Assembly (NCBI RefSeq): GCF_009914755.1
Contig: NC_060927.1
Strand: one strand, 5' to 3'
Length of the DNA: 64,000 nt
DNA from: the human T2T-CHM13v2.0 reference genome, Homo sapiens
Position numbers and translations under genes: made by a program. The stretch's first letter is position 1. Each line of letters starts with the position of its first letter. Below the pieces are notes generated by a model. The model searched no databases. It was given only the letters and a program-made list of their open reading frames with translations, and had not been told where the DNA came from. Below, piece after piece: positions 26,031 through 40,605 of this stretch.

Positions 26031-28219
26031 AAAAATAATCAATAACATATTGTGCAGCCATATTGTCATTATTATTAATATCCTTCTAATCTCAGATACG
26101 TCATTGCCCAGCCCAAATGCCAGCTCTTCCATTAAGCTTCCTCTTTTCACCCATTGGAATTAATTACCCTTCTGTATTCTTATTTACTTTGTCCTGTATG
26201 TTTATTATAGCCCTTAATACTTGATGGATTTTATTATGTATGTCCTGGAAACTTGGGAGCATTCCTTACCCATCCTTTTAATCAAGACTGAGCATAGTAA
26301 TTATTTTAAATTAAATAGCATTGTGGTAGAGGAGAGGACAAAAGAGTGTGACCCGGATGAGTGTTTTAATTTGCATTCATTGTAAGAATGGGGAAGTGGT
26401 GTTGGTGTGGGGTGAGGGCAGCCATTTCATGAAACTCATAGTAGTTGTCTCAGAATGCTACCTTGTCTTAGCTTTGCAATTGAAAGGTAGCTTAGATGTC
26501 CATTGTTGCTTTTCAGATGATGCAAACAGTCTTAGGTTGAATATTCGCTGTTCAATTCAGGAAGAAGTTTCCCCAGATGGAAAGCCTTGAATTATTTATG
26601 CAGTGTTTATCTCTGAGTTTACTTCCCATCACAACCAATTAAGGCTATTTGGTTTCATTAAAAATAGCATTTTCTCATTTGGGAAAACATTTATCTGAAG
26701 GAAATTTAAATTTACCCACTTGGAGGCTACAAAGCTGGTGTCGAGTTAGCTGTACCGCCCTTAGCCAAGAAACAGAGAAGGAAACAAATGCAGTTTTCTC
26801 CTCGCTGTACATTTTTTCCCCTTTTAGTTCTTTAACAGACATGAACTGTGTAGAGTCAAACCTCATTTTGTCCAGCTCTTAGATTTAAATCTCTGCAAAT
26901 CAGAAGCTTATAAATGGCACAGGGAAGTAGATCTTATTGCCCTCAATGCTGCTGTTTTCTGTACCTGTCAAATGTCCTTAGTAATTTGTTAAAATAGTTT
27001 AATATACATAGAATGGTAACAGTCACCAGTGCCAGTCATTACCTTGAATAAAATGTGTTAGGTCTTCTCTTAACAGGTCATGACCTGAACACAAGGTTCT
27101 GAGCATCCCCTTCCCACTAATTCTGATGGTATGCCATTGAAAATGGCACTCAAGCTTTATCTTTTGTAATGCAAGCTTTGCATTAATTCATAAACATATT
27201 TGAAGTGAGACTAGTTATCTTTGCATGGGCAAAGGTGAGGCAAAGTGATAGGGCCAGACAGAACCCAGTGACCATTCAGCCAGGATGTCTCAATGACAGT
27301 GCTCCAGCAGGGGCATCATGATCTAGATTCATCTATAGGAGGTGGTTGATCTCTCCAAGATGTGTTCTGTCCCTTCTCTTCCCCCTGTGAGGTGGTCGCA
27401 CAAAGCACCATTCCCCTCTCTTGGTTGTTATGTGAGGGCTGTGACTGTCAAACTTTGGGATGCTCTAGTTACCTTACTAGGGCACCCTCTCCCCACTATA
27501 CATCTTCCACAGAAGGCCAGTTATAACCTGTTAGGCAAGAATGGAATTGGAGGAACACTGAAATGGCATGATGTTGATGATTTGATTGGTGGTATCAGTT
27601 CATTTCCCCCAGAATGTACGTATCCTTGCATTTTCTCATCCACTCCATCCATTCATGCTTTGAAGTTACGTGTGTGGGGATGGACCCTCCAGGATTTCTT
27701 CTGTTTTTCTCCCTTCTGTGTGACTGTCTATCTTTCATTGACCTTTTCTTTCTTTAGAGAGGTCAATAGCAGTATATAATGGAGGAATAACAAGTACCTT
27801 ATGTATACACTTCCTGAGCCTGTGCCAAACCTCACTAACTGATCATAGAATTTTTTCCCAAGTCTGATAGGGCTTCTTAATCCTTCTCAAAGAAGGGAGC
27901 CAAGCAGCCACCACCAATTAGTCATCATTGGCATGCTTGCTGCCTTCATTTTATTTCAAAGTCTTTCTTTCCTGCATTTAGTCTGGGGGACTTACTGTCT
28001 CTCATCATTAGGTGCTGATTTTTTTTTTAAATCAGACTTTAAGAATTCATGTATCACCTACTCTTTGAACTAGTCCCAAACAAAGATTTTTGTATTGAAA
28101 AAGCCTTTGAGAAGACATCCTTAAGTTTAAAGGTAGATGTTTGTTATTTATCTGGATTGTTTTGACTGTTGTTATGTGGAAAGATGTTTTAGACCTGCAG
28201 TATGCGTGGAGAAAAGTAT

Positions 28220-28440
28220 GCTAGTAACAACTACTACCATTTATGGGGCACTTACAGGATGCAAGATTGTGCACTGAGCTAATTATGAACATTATGCCAT
28301 TCTCTCAATGTGCTAAGCAGGTAATATTACCATCCTGTATTATGGAAGATACAAGTGGGGCTTAGAGAGGGTAATTTGCCCATGGGTATTAGTGCAGAGC
28401 AATAAGTGGAACCCAGAATTAGAACCCACATTTTCTAAGT
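28220..28440 (-). mobile_element. MIR
   Basis: ctaccatttatggggcactta...cttagagaggg...ttagaaccca. Confidence 0.7.
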
Positions 28441-28503
28441 TTGCAAGCTTCATTTCAAATTTCAATCATAGTCTTTCTGGTTAAAACATGCTGTGTGATA
28501 TAA

Positions 28504-28934
<431 letters not shown>

Positions 28935-31149
28935 CCAGCTTCCTATTATTTAAATTGTATCCTGGAATGCCTTGCTCACTGTTACAGACTTGCATGAAGT
29001 TCAAGTTTTATGTAAGTTCTCTAACCCATTCAGCTGTCACCTTATGTAATACGCATTTTCCCCTCTCATTTAATGCTGGATGTCAATGCTGAGCTCCTCA
29101 GAGATAGTACATGCCTCAGGATGGTAGGACCCCTTCGTCCTAGATATAAATCATTCCAGCAGGGGCCTTTGAGTTCATAAATGCAATCAGCTTTTCTCTT
29201 CCTTTCCTTACCATTCCCTCCCCCAGCCTTTTAAAAACAGATTTCAGGTTTACATTTACAGGATCGCAAAAAAGCCAGCACAGTTATTTAGCTCCAGTCT
29301 GCAGTTAAAACAGTGGGATGCATAGCTAATTTCACTCATATTTTTTTAATGTGCATTAGTAACCTGGCGCTCCATTAATTACAATATTTCATATTGGGAA
29401 GCTAAACTGGCTTTTCTTGGAAACCTGCTGAAAGTCAGACAATTACCTCTGCAAGCTACCTCTGAGTGTTTCGTATTTAATAGAACATGTTAACATAATA
29501 ATGCTGTTTTATGGAGAAAAGAGGATGAATTTTGTACTGATAATAAAAAGCCCACTTAAAAAAAAAAGAAAGAAAACAAGGAGGTAATGAATGTTGCTCT
29601 TTCCTAGAATTAGAGAAAATATATCCACATGAGGCAGTGTCTACACAAGCCAAAAACAGGTCCAGGTGGATAATGGGTATTGTAACCTGCTTGCTTGACA
29701 GTTTATAACTTTCCTCCTACTTGCTGTTGAGTCTTTGGGGTGGAAGAAAATACAGAACAGTTTAGAGTATATCCTTATTTCTCCCAAGATAGGTATTTTG
29801 TGACCTCTAAGTATAGACAAAATGGATAGAAAGTAAATCCTTCTGTCTGGGCAGTGGAAAACTGCAATCGCTATGTGTACCTTTACCTCTTGTAAAATCA
29901 GGATGTAGGAAAACATTGTAGGGTTATCCACCAGAAGGGCAACCTTTTTTATATAAACTTATCTCTTCTTACTACCTTTTTAATCTATCTCCCAGTTGTT
30001 TTCAGTGCCTGGGAGTCCCCATGAACACTTGTATACGGAGATTGGAGTAAATGGTGCTATTAGCAGACTATTGTCTTCAGAAAATCCTAGTGGTCCTTTA
30101 TTCTCTATCTAGAATCATACAAGTTTCCTGCATTACATAATTGCTGTGTCATCACATTTCATTTGATCTGTAAAGGTGAACATATTCTTTTTCCCCTCCT
30201 GCGAGGAACAAAGCTGGAGAATATGTATAATTCAAAAATTGGTCCAGTGGAGGCACATAACTTTCATTTAATTAAAGGCGCTGAGTAAAGGGAGTTTGAG
30301 ATAAGCTTGAACAAGTAGACTGCTGCCTGTTTCTCTGACCTTTTCAAAAGGGATACAATATGTAACTGAATATTTTGCGAATGGAGTCAGGAAATATAAA
30401 ATAGAAGAAATGACTTTGACACAACTTTGAAGTTGATAACCTTGAAATGGAGTAAGAAGGTGAAGATCCTAAAAAGTAAAAACAAAACAAAACAAAACAA
30501 AAAAACAGAAGCCGGGGAGAAACGTATCTCATTGTCCCTCTTTTGTATCCTTCAGCTGACTCAGTACTCAAGCTATTCCCTGTCCACTTAAGATCTGTGT
30601 AATGCGAGCAGCATGTTCACTGTTTTAAGGTTATACCACAGATTATGCATGCCACTTTTCACTGGTAAAACGGGTTTTAGTTTCTAGGAGTCTCCATTTT
30701 CTAATAAGTTAGTGAGATGTTTCGCCATTTGGTATACTGGGTAGAGAAGGATTTATTCAGAAGTAATTTTGAAAATCTTATTCTGTTAAAAATGTCTTTC
30801 CCATTTGAAATATTTCATTTGCATTGTGCATATAATGGAAGTTTGCTTTGAATGATGCTCGCTGTTTCATGTAATCAAATGCATCTTTTACTCGGTAACT
30901 TTCCAAGTGGTGGATAGGATTTTCATTGTCTTGCACCCAGTAAAATCATCAACTGGAGTGGAATGGCTAGATAAGTCGCAAAAGATGCTGGGTGGTAATT
31001 TGTTTTTGAACTTGCATAGGTTCAAATACCATAATATGTTGATGGGAACATTTCTGGGGAAACTTAGACATGTATAATATCTTACGAGTTGTGCAGTACT
31101 CACCCTGCGTGGTAGGTCAACGGGAATTCAGAGTAGGGAAGGAAGATAT

Positions 31150-31550
31150 TACTGAGCTGTTGAGCTACATTCTGAAGGACACTAAAACTGCTTGGTTGAA
31201 ATAAAGTAGTGTTAGGAAGTAATTTTCACGTGGCTTTCTATAGACTTTCTCATACTTCGCTGTTTGTGCTGGACTTTGAAAAACATCAAAAAATGGTGTT
31301 AAATTGGAGAAATATTAGAAATAATTGAATGTATGATTAAAGTGACACCAAGGAAATTCTTAAAGCTACCAGTGGACTGGAAAATCAAGCTTGTTGAATA
31401 TTTTAGTGGATGTTAGCAGTATCAGAAAAAGGATAGTGTCTCTGAGTAGAGAAATTGTTAAAAGAGGTGCAATAGGTAAAACAATACTGTCAATCCATTA
31501 TATGAAAGAAAATAGGATAAAGAGACTCTTGACTGGTGTGGAGAATAATA
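31150..31550 (+). mobile_element. Possible CR1/L3 relic interrupted by a Tigger element
   Basis: Weak similarity around tgctggactttgaaaaac...aaattggaga. Confidence 0.3.
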
Positions 31551-31556
31551 GAAATA

Positions 31557-31901
31557 CAGTTACACACCACATAACAATGTTTTGGTGAACAGTGGATCAC
31601 ATATATGACAGTGGTTTCAGAAGATTATATTACTGTATTTTTACTGTACCTGTTCTGTCTAGATATGTTTAGATACCGAAATACTTACCATCATGTTTCA
31701 GTTGCCTACAGTATTCAATACAGTCATATAGTTTTACAGATTTGTAGCCTAGGAGCAGTAGGCTATACCACATAGCCAAGGTGTATAGCAGGCTATAGCA
31801 TCTAGGTTTATGTAAGTACACTCTGATGTCTCAGCAACAATGAAATCGCCTAACAGTGCACTTCTCAGAACATATCCCTGTTGTTAAGTGACACTTGACT
31901 G
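31557..31901 (+). mobile_element. Tigger3a (MER7A)-like MITE, full length
   Basis: TA-cagttacacaccacataac start; gttaagtgacacttgactg end; internal tgtagcctaggagcagtaggctatacca. Confidence 0.9.
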
Positions 31902-31994
31902 TCTAGATTTGAAAGTTGCTTGAGAGATGGCCGAGTGGCCATGTTTTTTAAATAAGGAAGTTGAGAAACAGGGATATCAAGTGCTTGGTACAGT

Positions 31995-32430
31995 TTTGTT
32001 CGTTGTATTGTTTTGGTTGTAAACTATCTAATCTATCCCAATCTAGCTGAAGAAAAATGCGAGAATTTAGTGACTAACATAACTGCAAAGTCCAGAGGTA
32101 TCATTGGTTTCTAGCCATAAAGACAAGGTATCAGGAATCTGTTTTTCTAGTGAGCTCTTGTTTTCCTGGATGACCTTCATTCCCAAGCAAGCTGTCTTCT
32201 TGGGGTTACATAAAACAGCTCCATCCTACATCCCTCTAGGTTCAGATTCAATGGAAAAGAGAATACCTTTCTAAATATTTCCGGAAAGTTCTCTATTAAT
32301 ACTCCGACTTTGTTTAAATGGATCACATTTCCATCCCTGTACTCCAAGGTTCTATAGGAAGCTTTTCTTCTAAGGGAAGGAAAAGAATTGTTATCCAAAG
32401 GAAATCAGAAGTTGGTTACTAAGTGGCGGT
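31995..32430 (-). mobile_element. Old MaLR LTR (MLT1J/K-like)
   Basis: ttttggttgtaaac...ataactgcaaagtccagagg...ccaaaggaaatcag. Confidence 0.65.
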
Positions 32431-32679
32431 CAAGTCAACAGGTGTCTCTTACAGAGTACAGAAAGCCACTTTCGGGCATAAGTGAGGCATGTCTCCAGGT
32501 TTCCTGGTCTACCTCATCAGGCTGCCATTCTTCCCACTGGGACCATTAATCCAACAAATATTTATTGAGTGTCATCCATGAGCAAAATATAGAAAGTAAT
32601 AAGAGTCTCACTGTCAAATTGATTTCAATTTGGATTGCTCTGGTTACTAATTTCAAAGTCAGTTGCTATGAGCATCATT

Positions 32680-32795
32680 TGGCACAACTGCCCTGGAACA
32701 CTGGATCAGCATTTCTGGCATGGGAACCCAGAAATCTGCTCTTTCAGCAAGCCTCCCAGTGACATGATTGTGCAGCAAGGTTGAGGAGCTACTGT
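32680..32795. mobile_element. MER5 fragment
   Basis: cccagaaatctgc...aagcctcccagtga...aggttgagga. Confidence 0.6.
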
Positions 32796-32864
32796 GCAAG
32801 AAAAGAGTGCTTTGAACATGTGTAAATGTCTTTATAAAAGCCATTTGCAGCTTATTTCTATCGT

Positions 32865-33025
32865 AGTTGGAGTTTCTCAAAGCTTAGGAGGCATGAAGTA
32901 CCTAATTTGGAATAATTATATTAAATTCACATTCCAGGGCCCCCCTTGAGACCTATTCAAATTTCTAATCTTGTTCCTAGGAATCCACATTTTCTTTAAT
33001 CTACCCAGGTGAATTCTGATACGTG
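32865..33025. mobile_element. MER5 fragment
   Basis: attccagggccccc...ctaggaatccacatttt...cccaggtgaattctgat. Confidence 0.6.
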
Positions 33026-33155
33026 ATAAAATTATTCTCCAAAGTGGAATATAAAATGTTGAACCATGGTGGCTCAGAGAAAGGTTTTAGAATACTAGTT
33101 TTATGTTTTGTCAATTAAAAGAAAGCTGTGTTAATATTTGATGTATATGTTGCAG

Positions 33156-33175
33156 CCGGCGCCCTCATGTGGTCT
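33156..33175 (-). promoter_or_regulatory. Candidate CTCF-like motif
   Basis: Minus strand CCACATGAGGGCGC versus core CCASYAGRKGGCRS, 2 mismatches. Confidence 0.3.
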
Positions 33176-33788
33176 GTGTGCCAGGTGGTTACATGTCTTA
33201 TTTGGCAGGTATTCAATGGAAAGAATGGGAATACCAGTGTACACAGAAATTCAATTGCTTTCAACATATTGCAATCAACTGCATTTTATATATGCCTATT
33301 GTAAGTAAATCTGTGTGTTAATATACCTTTGTAACCAAACCACCTCTCCCAGAATAGACAAATGGCTTAATCAACATGGTCTCTGTCACCCATCTTCTGA
33401 GTAAAAAAAGGATCTAATCAGATCTGACATGGAGCTGGGCATGGAAATTATAAATTATTAGGACAGTTTGGTCTATGCTTTTTTGATATATGCTTTTATA
33501 TATGTCTTCTCTCATTAACCATAAGTCTCATCTGCAATATATTTTGTGAATTATTTCCAAATGTTAAAGATTAGCACGATACTTTAAAATGATGTTTCTT
33601 TCATTTTCACCGCATCACTTTTTTTCTTCTTTTGTGATTGTTTTAGGATGAATATATTGTGTTAGTACAGTAATCCAGGTGTGTAGTTTATCGGTAAATA
33701 AAATAGTGGGAACTTACCCACCTACACAGAACTTGTACCAGTTGGGTAGTACATGATCTAAAGAAATGCAGTGACCACTGTTCTGTCA

Positions 33789-34139
<351 letters not shown>

Positions 34140-34627
34140 TTAGCCTTTCATTTCCTTGTTACTTGACTTTAAAAAGACAAAAGAGAAGAAGAAAAAATAA
34201 ACTGCCATTTATTGTTAGATTTCAACCATAAGGAAAACACCTTATCTGTATTTATTTACATGTTGATAATTGCCTTCTTTCTGTTTGTCAGATACATATG
34301 CATATCGCTTTGTTGATAGAAAAGACGGAGATACCCAGAATAGCCAGGAAGCACAGCCCACACCACGCATTAATTTTTAAACCATTTCTTAGATCACAGA
34401 GTCTCTTGAATCCATTCGCTTTTCCAGTTTCAATAGTGTTTGACAAAAGGAATGTGTTAGTGTGCATTCCTCTGGCTTTGATTTTTTTTTTCCTAAGGAT
34501 ACATCAAACTCTTGACAGATATATGAGTGTCATTTTTTGTGGTTTAATATAGACTGTATTTATATTTATAAATGTAATTGCTCTCCAAAGGAAATCAGTA
34601 ATTTGTTAGTGATTATCTGTATTTTGA

Positions 34628-34951
<324 letters not shown>

Positions 34952-35268
34952 TAATAAATTTGAAACTTATCTAGCTAGTGCTTAATATTCTGAAGGGATG
35001 AATTTGTTTGCTGTAAGAAAGATAAGCATGGCATCTGCTTCACACCTGTGGTGTTGGGGATAAAGAGCATGCAGTAAGTTATATTGAGGGACCTTTGCAG
35101 GATCTTCAGGGGATGGCCTCTGTTCTGGGATTTTTTCTCATCTAAATGTAAACTAAAATATAGATTTCCTCTCCCCATGAGAGCATTTAGAGTTACGAGG
35201 CTCAAACTGCTGGTTAGATAATTTGACTTCCTAGCTCTGCCAAGCCCAGCTGTTCATGCAGTGCAAAA

Positions 35269-35460
35269 TTTTTTAAACTTTCTATTGAGGTATAGCCTAC
35301 ATACGGTGAAATGTTCAAATATGAAGGGTACTACATGAGGGACTATACATGTGTATACACCCTGTAACTACTGTCTGGGTCAAGATATGGAACATGCCCA
35401 TCACTCTGAAAGGCTTCCTAGTGGACCTTCTCGGTCTTAACCTTACCCTCACTGCACATC
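35269..35460 (-). mobile_element. Old L1M (MD/ME-like) 3' fragment
   Basis: attgaggtatagcctacatac...gtcaagatatggaacat...gaaaggcttcct. Confidence 0.75.
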
Positions 35461-36129
35461 TATGAGCGTACTGACTTCCATCCTCTTCTGTCCCTTTTTG
35501 TCTATTTGTGACCAACAATGATTGCTGCTGCTATTGTAGTCCCAATTGTTAGACTCAGAGTCATTCTTGGGACTCTCACAGGACAATTCTAACATTTCTA
35601 TAGCTCCAATAGGAGGACAAGGCCTGTCTGCCTTCAGACTCTCCTGGTAGGCCTGAAGTAATATACAAGGTATTCATTATTTGTTAGCTACTATTTTGAA
35701 TAATGGGTTTTTTTCTTCTATTTGGCCTTCTCTCCAGTTGGTCTTTAATGTGTACGTCACCTGTTTGGAATAACTGGTTATGTTAGTGTCTATAGATCCA
35801 TTTGTAAGGATCAATTTGTCTGAGTAGCTTGCTGTTTTCTAACACTGGATGGGGCCTCCAGGGATAGAAACGTGGGCCAGGTGATTTGATAGAGAGGGAA
35901 ATAATCAGGAAAGTCAGTGGTTCTTCTGGGTGTCACCTGACTTCACCTGGTTGCCAGAGCAGACTGTAAGGAACAAGAGGCAAGTTAGCAATAGAGGTTG
36001 AGGCAGCTGCCTAATCATGTGTCTCTTTGGGACATTTGAATTCTTCCAGGTATTTGGAAATGGAAGCAGAAATGGAAATCTTTGTTTTTGTACCTTTTTT
36101 GAGTTATATTTTGCAGTCTTAAAAGAACT

Positions 36130-36425
36130 GCATTGTTCCTTCATTTATGAAGCGTACGGGAGTATGTGACAGGGAATTCAAAGATGTGGTTTTGCATTAT
36201 ACAGTGCTTACGTGAGAGGCATGTATTTTGCTGAATAAGTTCATGGACGAGGTATAAAGATGAAATTATAGGCTTTAGTGGGAGCAAAAAGTAGACACCA
36301 CTTCCATGTTTCCATGGGGAAATGGGTCAGGGGAGCGATTGCTCATTGGAATCAGGAAATAATTCATGTAGCAGGTAGCACTTAATTTGAATCTTGAAAG
36401 ATGATGAGTAGGAGTTTTTCAGGTA
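36130..36425 (-). mobile_element. L2 fragment
   Basis: tttgaatcttgaaagatgatgagtaggagttttcaggt-like segment. Confidence 0.5.
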
Positions 36426-36754
36426 GAATTATATCTCAAGTTTTCCTGCTTCTGGTTGTTCTGAACTGATACACTCACATCATAAATTGCTATTGTAGTT
36501 AATATTGTAATTAAGGCCCAATTATGTTTCAAGTATCAGTGGAATTGAGTCCACACTTTCATTGCATTGCAAAATTTAAAGCAGTAATTAATATAGGACT
36601 ATTATTATACCATTATACTCATTTTAAAGATGATACCATACTTAGTTTTCTATGTTTTGGATTAAAATTGCAAAATGTGTTAAAAAATGTAAAGGCATCA
36701 CAGAAATATCGCTAATAAGGCTTAAATCATTGAGGCTGGGCATGCTAATGAGAG

Positions 36755-37460
36755 AACAGCTACTGTTTGTTGAGCTTGTAACACGGACTAGTCACTCTGC
36801 TTTATTTTATCACAACTGCTTTTCATAGCAACCTCAATAACTAGGTGCTTGTTAGATCTAATCCTGTTTTTCAGATACAGAAAACGGAGACATAGGTGAA
36901 GTTCCCTGTATTTATTTCCTAGGGTTGCCTTGACAAATTATCACAAGCTAAGTAGCTTAGAACAGCAGATATTTGTTGTCTTACAGTTCTGGAGGCTCCA
37001 CATCTGAGATCAAGATGTCTGTAGGGTTGGTTCCTTCTGAGGGCTGTGGGAGAGAATCGCTTTTGTGCTTTTGCTCTTAGCTTCTGGTGGTTTGCAGGCA
37101 GTCTTTGACATTTCTTGGCTTTGTAGATGCATCACTTGCCTTCATCTTTGTGTGGCATTCTCCTTGTCTTTCTCTGTGTCCACATTTCCCTAATTTTTAA
37201 AGAACATAGTCATATTGGATTGGGATTCATTCTAATGGCCTCATCTCAATTTGATCATCTGCAAAGACCCTGTTTATAAATTTTCCAAATAAGGTGACAG
37301 TCATAGGTATACAGAGGATAAGGACTTCAAAATCTTTTGGGAAGATATAATTCAAACCATAACATTGCCCAAGCTCACTCAGCTAGTAAGCAGTAGAGAG
37401 AATTCAAATCCAAGTACATATGACTCTATAGCCCAAGGCTCTAACAACTGTGCCATTATA
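36755..37460 (-). mobile_element. MIR split by an MLT1 LTR
   Basis: ttttcagatacagaaaacggagac before the LTR; ttgcccaagctcactcagctagtaag after it. Confidence 0.75.
36907..37364 (-). mobile_element. MLT1B/C-like solo LTR
   Basis: TG...CA termini; cagttctggaggct; TSD ttccc/ttgcc. Confidence 0.9.
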
Positions 37461-37696
37461 CATTAGGGAAATACATTCGTATCCAAGAATATTGTACGTT
37501 TTAAAATTCAGCAGTGAGTAGGCAAATATCAGGATATGAACATCCCATCCAGACAGGATTGACTTCGAATATGCCCTGGTAAGAAGTGTTAGTCCAGTTG
37601 TCATGGAATTGTAGATGTTTGCTGTCCACTGAGATATGTGTTATGTGCTTCGTTCTGTACAAAGGGTATAGGAGTGATATTCTATTTAGTCTAAAT

Positions 37697-37900
37697 CAAG
37701 CTTGTCCAACCTGTGACCCACGGACCACATGTAGCCCATGAGGGCTTTGAATGTGGCCCAACACAAATTTGTAAACTTTCTTAATACCTTATAAGATTTT
37801 TTTTTTTAAGCACATCATTAGTGTTAGTGTATTTTATGGTAGCCCAAGACCATTCTTCTTCCACTGTGGCCTAGGGAAGCCAAAAGATTGGACACCCCTG
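37697..37900 (-). mobile_element. MER30 (hAT), full length
   Basis: Termini caagcttgtccaa / ttggacacccctg; exact 8-bp TSD gtctaaat. Confidence 0.92.
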
Positions 37901-37914
37901 GTCTAAATACAAAA

Positions 37915-38127
37915 CATTGTATCTCAACCTCAGCATTTTGGGCTTAATAAGCCTTTGTTATGTCATGTGCATTGTAGGATGTAAAATAGTATTCTTGGCC
38001 TAAAATATCTAAGATGTAATAGATGCCAGTGGCACCCCTGACACAGTTGTGACAACCAAAAATGTTCCCAGACATTACCAAATGTCCCCTGGGGTAATTA
38101 CGATTACTGCAGTTTGAGAACCACTGG
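37915..38127 (-). mobile_element. MER20
   Basis: gtgacaaccaaaaatgttcccagacattaccaaatgtcccctgggg...tgagaaccactg. Confidence 0.88.
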
Positions 38128-39704
38128 TTTAGAAAGAGAGGAATGACATGTGGCTAAACTGTGCCACCCTGTCACTTGCTGTGCTTTGCCTAGACTTTGT
38201 GTCTATTTAGGGTGGTTGCTGGCAAAGTGTGAGGAAGACAAACTGTTTCTGTTGAACTTCCCTTGAGGCTCTATGTCATTCATGGACACGAGAAGGAGGT
38301 CCACAGATGGAATGGAGAGTTGAAGACTGAAAGCGCATTATGCATGCTGTCTGCATAACTTGACTTTTACAAAGCGAGATAGTGGCTTTGGAATAAACGG
38401 GAGATAAAAGTAAAGCTCTTTCATCTAAACAACAAGGATTATCCATGTTTCCAGAGAAAGGCAAATGACTCTGATGGCAGACTGAAAGTCAATGTTTTGA
38501 CTTAACTATTTTGGGAGGTATTTGCAATCGAGATCAGAGTTTTAATGGGCCTTACCTGAGAAGGAAAGGCAGGGATGGTTAACCCTGGCTACACCTTTGG
38601 GTTTTTAACCCTGGTGTTTATGGTGAGAAACCACAGCCAATCTCAGCCAACCATTGAACATTGTCTGGAAATTCTGACTTAAGACTTACCCACATCCATC
38701 CTTCATCCTCCAGTTTACACTGTTTTCTGTTGTCCAGGAAGATGGAGAAGTACCTCTTTTTTTATTTCAAAAGAAGTGCTTTTCTGTAGGCTGCCTTGTG
38801 GGACTCCCAAAGGATGCCATTTCCTGAGACACGTCAAGGTATCTGCATCTTAGACAGTGGTGTTACCATGTCCGCACATCAGTCAGTGCATTTTCTCTTG
38901 GCCCCAGGCCAGTAATGTCGTTGTGTACACTGGTCACAGCTCAAAAAACTGAAAAATGAACTCTGAGCTTTACTGCAAAGAATGCCAGCTAACAAAAATA
39001 ACTCTGCCAGAGCAGTGCCCTGGACAGGTTTGCAGCTCTGAGATCTAACAGTGCTGATGTATGGGAGTCCAGTAGAATGCTTAAAAAGAAAGGAAAAAAT
39101 AGAAAAAATCCATCTGCTGTGCCGTTAACATTCCAAAAAGGTAATGCCCAAGAACTCCAAATGGGTCCTAATGTGCTGTTTAAGACTCAGAAAACTCAGC
39201 TTTAAGTTCTACACCACTCTGTGCTCCCAGACTGGGAACAAAAACAGGGTATTTCCGTGAAGTGCAAATAGATGATTGTATGGAGGAATCAGTGGGTAGG
39301 AATTATTTTGCTAGCATGTTAAAAATACTTCAGGTGTAGGCATTTCAAGAAATAATAAAGCCCAATACTCTAACCCTTAGACCAGAACTTGGGGCTACAG
39401 ATGGAATACAATGCTTTGAATAAAACTATAACCCCTACCAGAGACCTCTTTGAAAACACAGCAGTGCTAGTATGGATGTGCTTCCCCTAGCATGCAATTC
39501 CCCATGGATCCAGCCTTATTGCGTTTCTCTGTACAATTCAGAAAGCAGGACGGAAAATTGTGTGTACCTAGCCCAAGCTATCTTTATTGTCTGATGTCTA
39601 ATACAACCTCATTCCTAACCTCACCTTAATAATCTTATAAGGGAGCATAAGTTGCCTTACGGTGGGAAGGAACCTTGCTAGTGTGATGACATTTGGATAT
39701 GCAC

Positions 39705-39844
39705 TTATTTATTATTATTATTATTTTTTTTAGAGACTGGGTTTTGCTATGTCAACCAGGGTTGTCTGAAACGCCTAACCTCAAGTGATCTTCCCACCTC
39801 AGTCTCTGAAAGTGTTGGGATTACATGAGCCACTGCACCCAGCT
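39705..39844 (-). mobile_element. Alu left monomer (FLAM-like)
   Basis: Single monomer with (TTA)n tail. Confidence 0.85.
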
Positions 39845-40429
39845 GGATGTTCATTTTAAGTGCGTCAGTCCTTTTATGCTAAAGCTTGTCATCCCCCTCC
39901 CCCTCATACACACCTTTTTGTTGGGATCTACAGAAAGTCGCCTATGGATACTGCCAAGCTTCATTCTTGCCCTGCGTTTATGGATCTGGGGAGTTTATGT
40001 CCTGAGTATGTAGGCCGTGGGTCTGTCCCGGGAAGCAGTGCATGTGTAGGTGCTGTTGTTAGCATGACCCAAGTAGGCAGTAGGGACCAGGTTGAATTCA
40101 GTGTTGATAACAGCATCCAGCAGATAGGACTAGGCTTAAATTCTGACCAAGGCAGTTGTTGAGTCAAACTAGGTCCAAGAAGAAAGAAAACAGAGCCCCA
40201 GTGATCTGAACCCACTGAAGTTGAGCTCTACTCCCAAGGGAAGGGCTCTTTTCTTCCCTAAACTGCATTATGATCCCTGCTGTGTCTTTCCCTTTGCTTA
40301 TGAGCAATTGTTACACCAGAAGGAGATGGGGACTCTACCACAGAACTCTGCTCTTGGTAGGCAGACGGGAATGATCATCCAGTGTCTGGCCTGATGAAGC
40401 ATCAGCCCCAGGTATCCGGTCTGCTCTGA

Positions 40430-40605
40430 AGGGGCACAGATTGTAGAGTCACTGGATCCCTAACTGTTCACCAGCTGTGTTCTTGAAGCAGTTTCTTAAC
40501 CTTCCTAAAATTCCCTTTCCCAGTCTTTAAAATGGGGATAATAGTAACACCCGCTATGTAGAATTGTCATGAAGATAAAATTTCCTAATCTTCACGAAGC
40601 ACATG
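40430..40605 (+). mobile_element. MIR
   Basis: tttcttaacctt...tttaaaatggggataatagtaac. Confidence 0.7.

Noticed and set aside
27342-27779. 145-aa ORF in mostly unique DNA
   Set aside because: No recognisable homology, composition typical of non-coding DNA, no supporting splice structure
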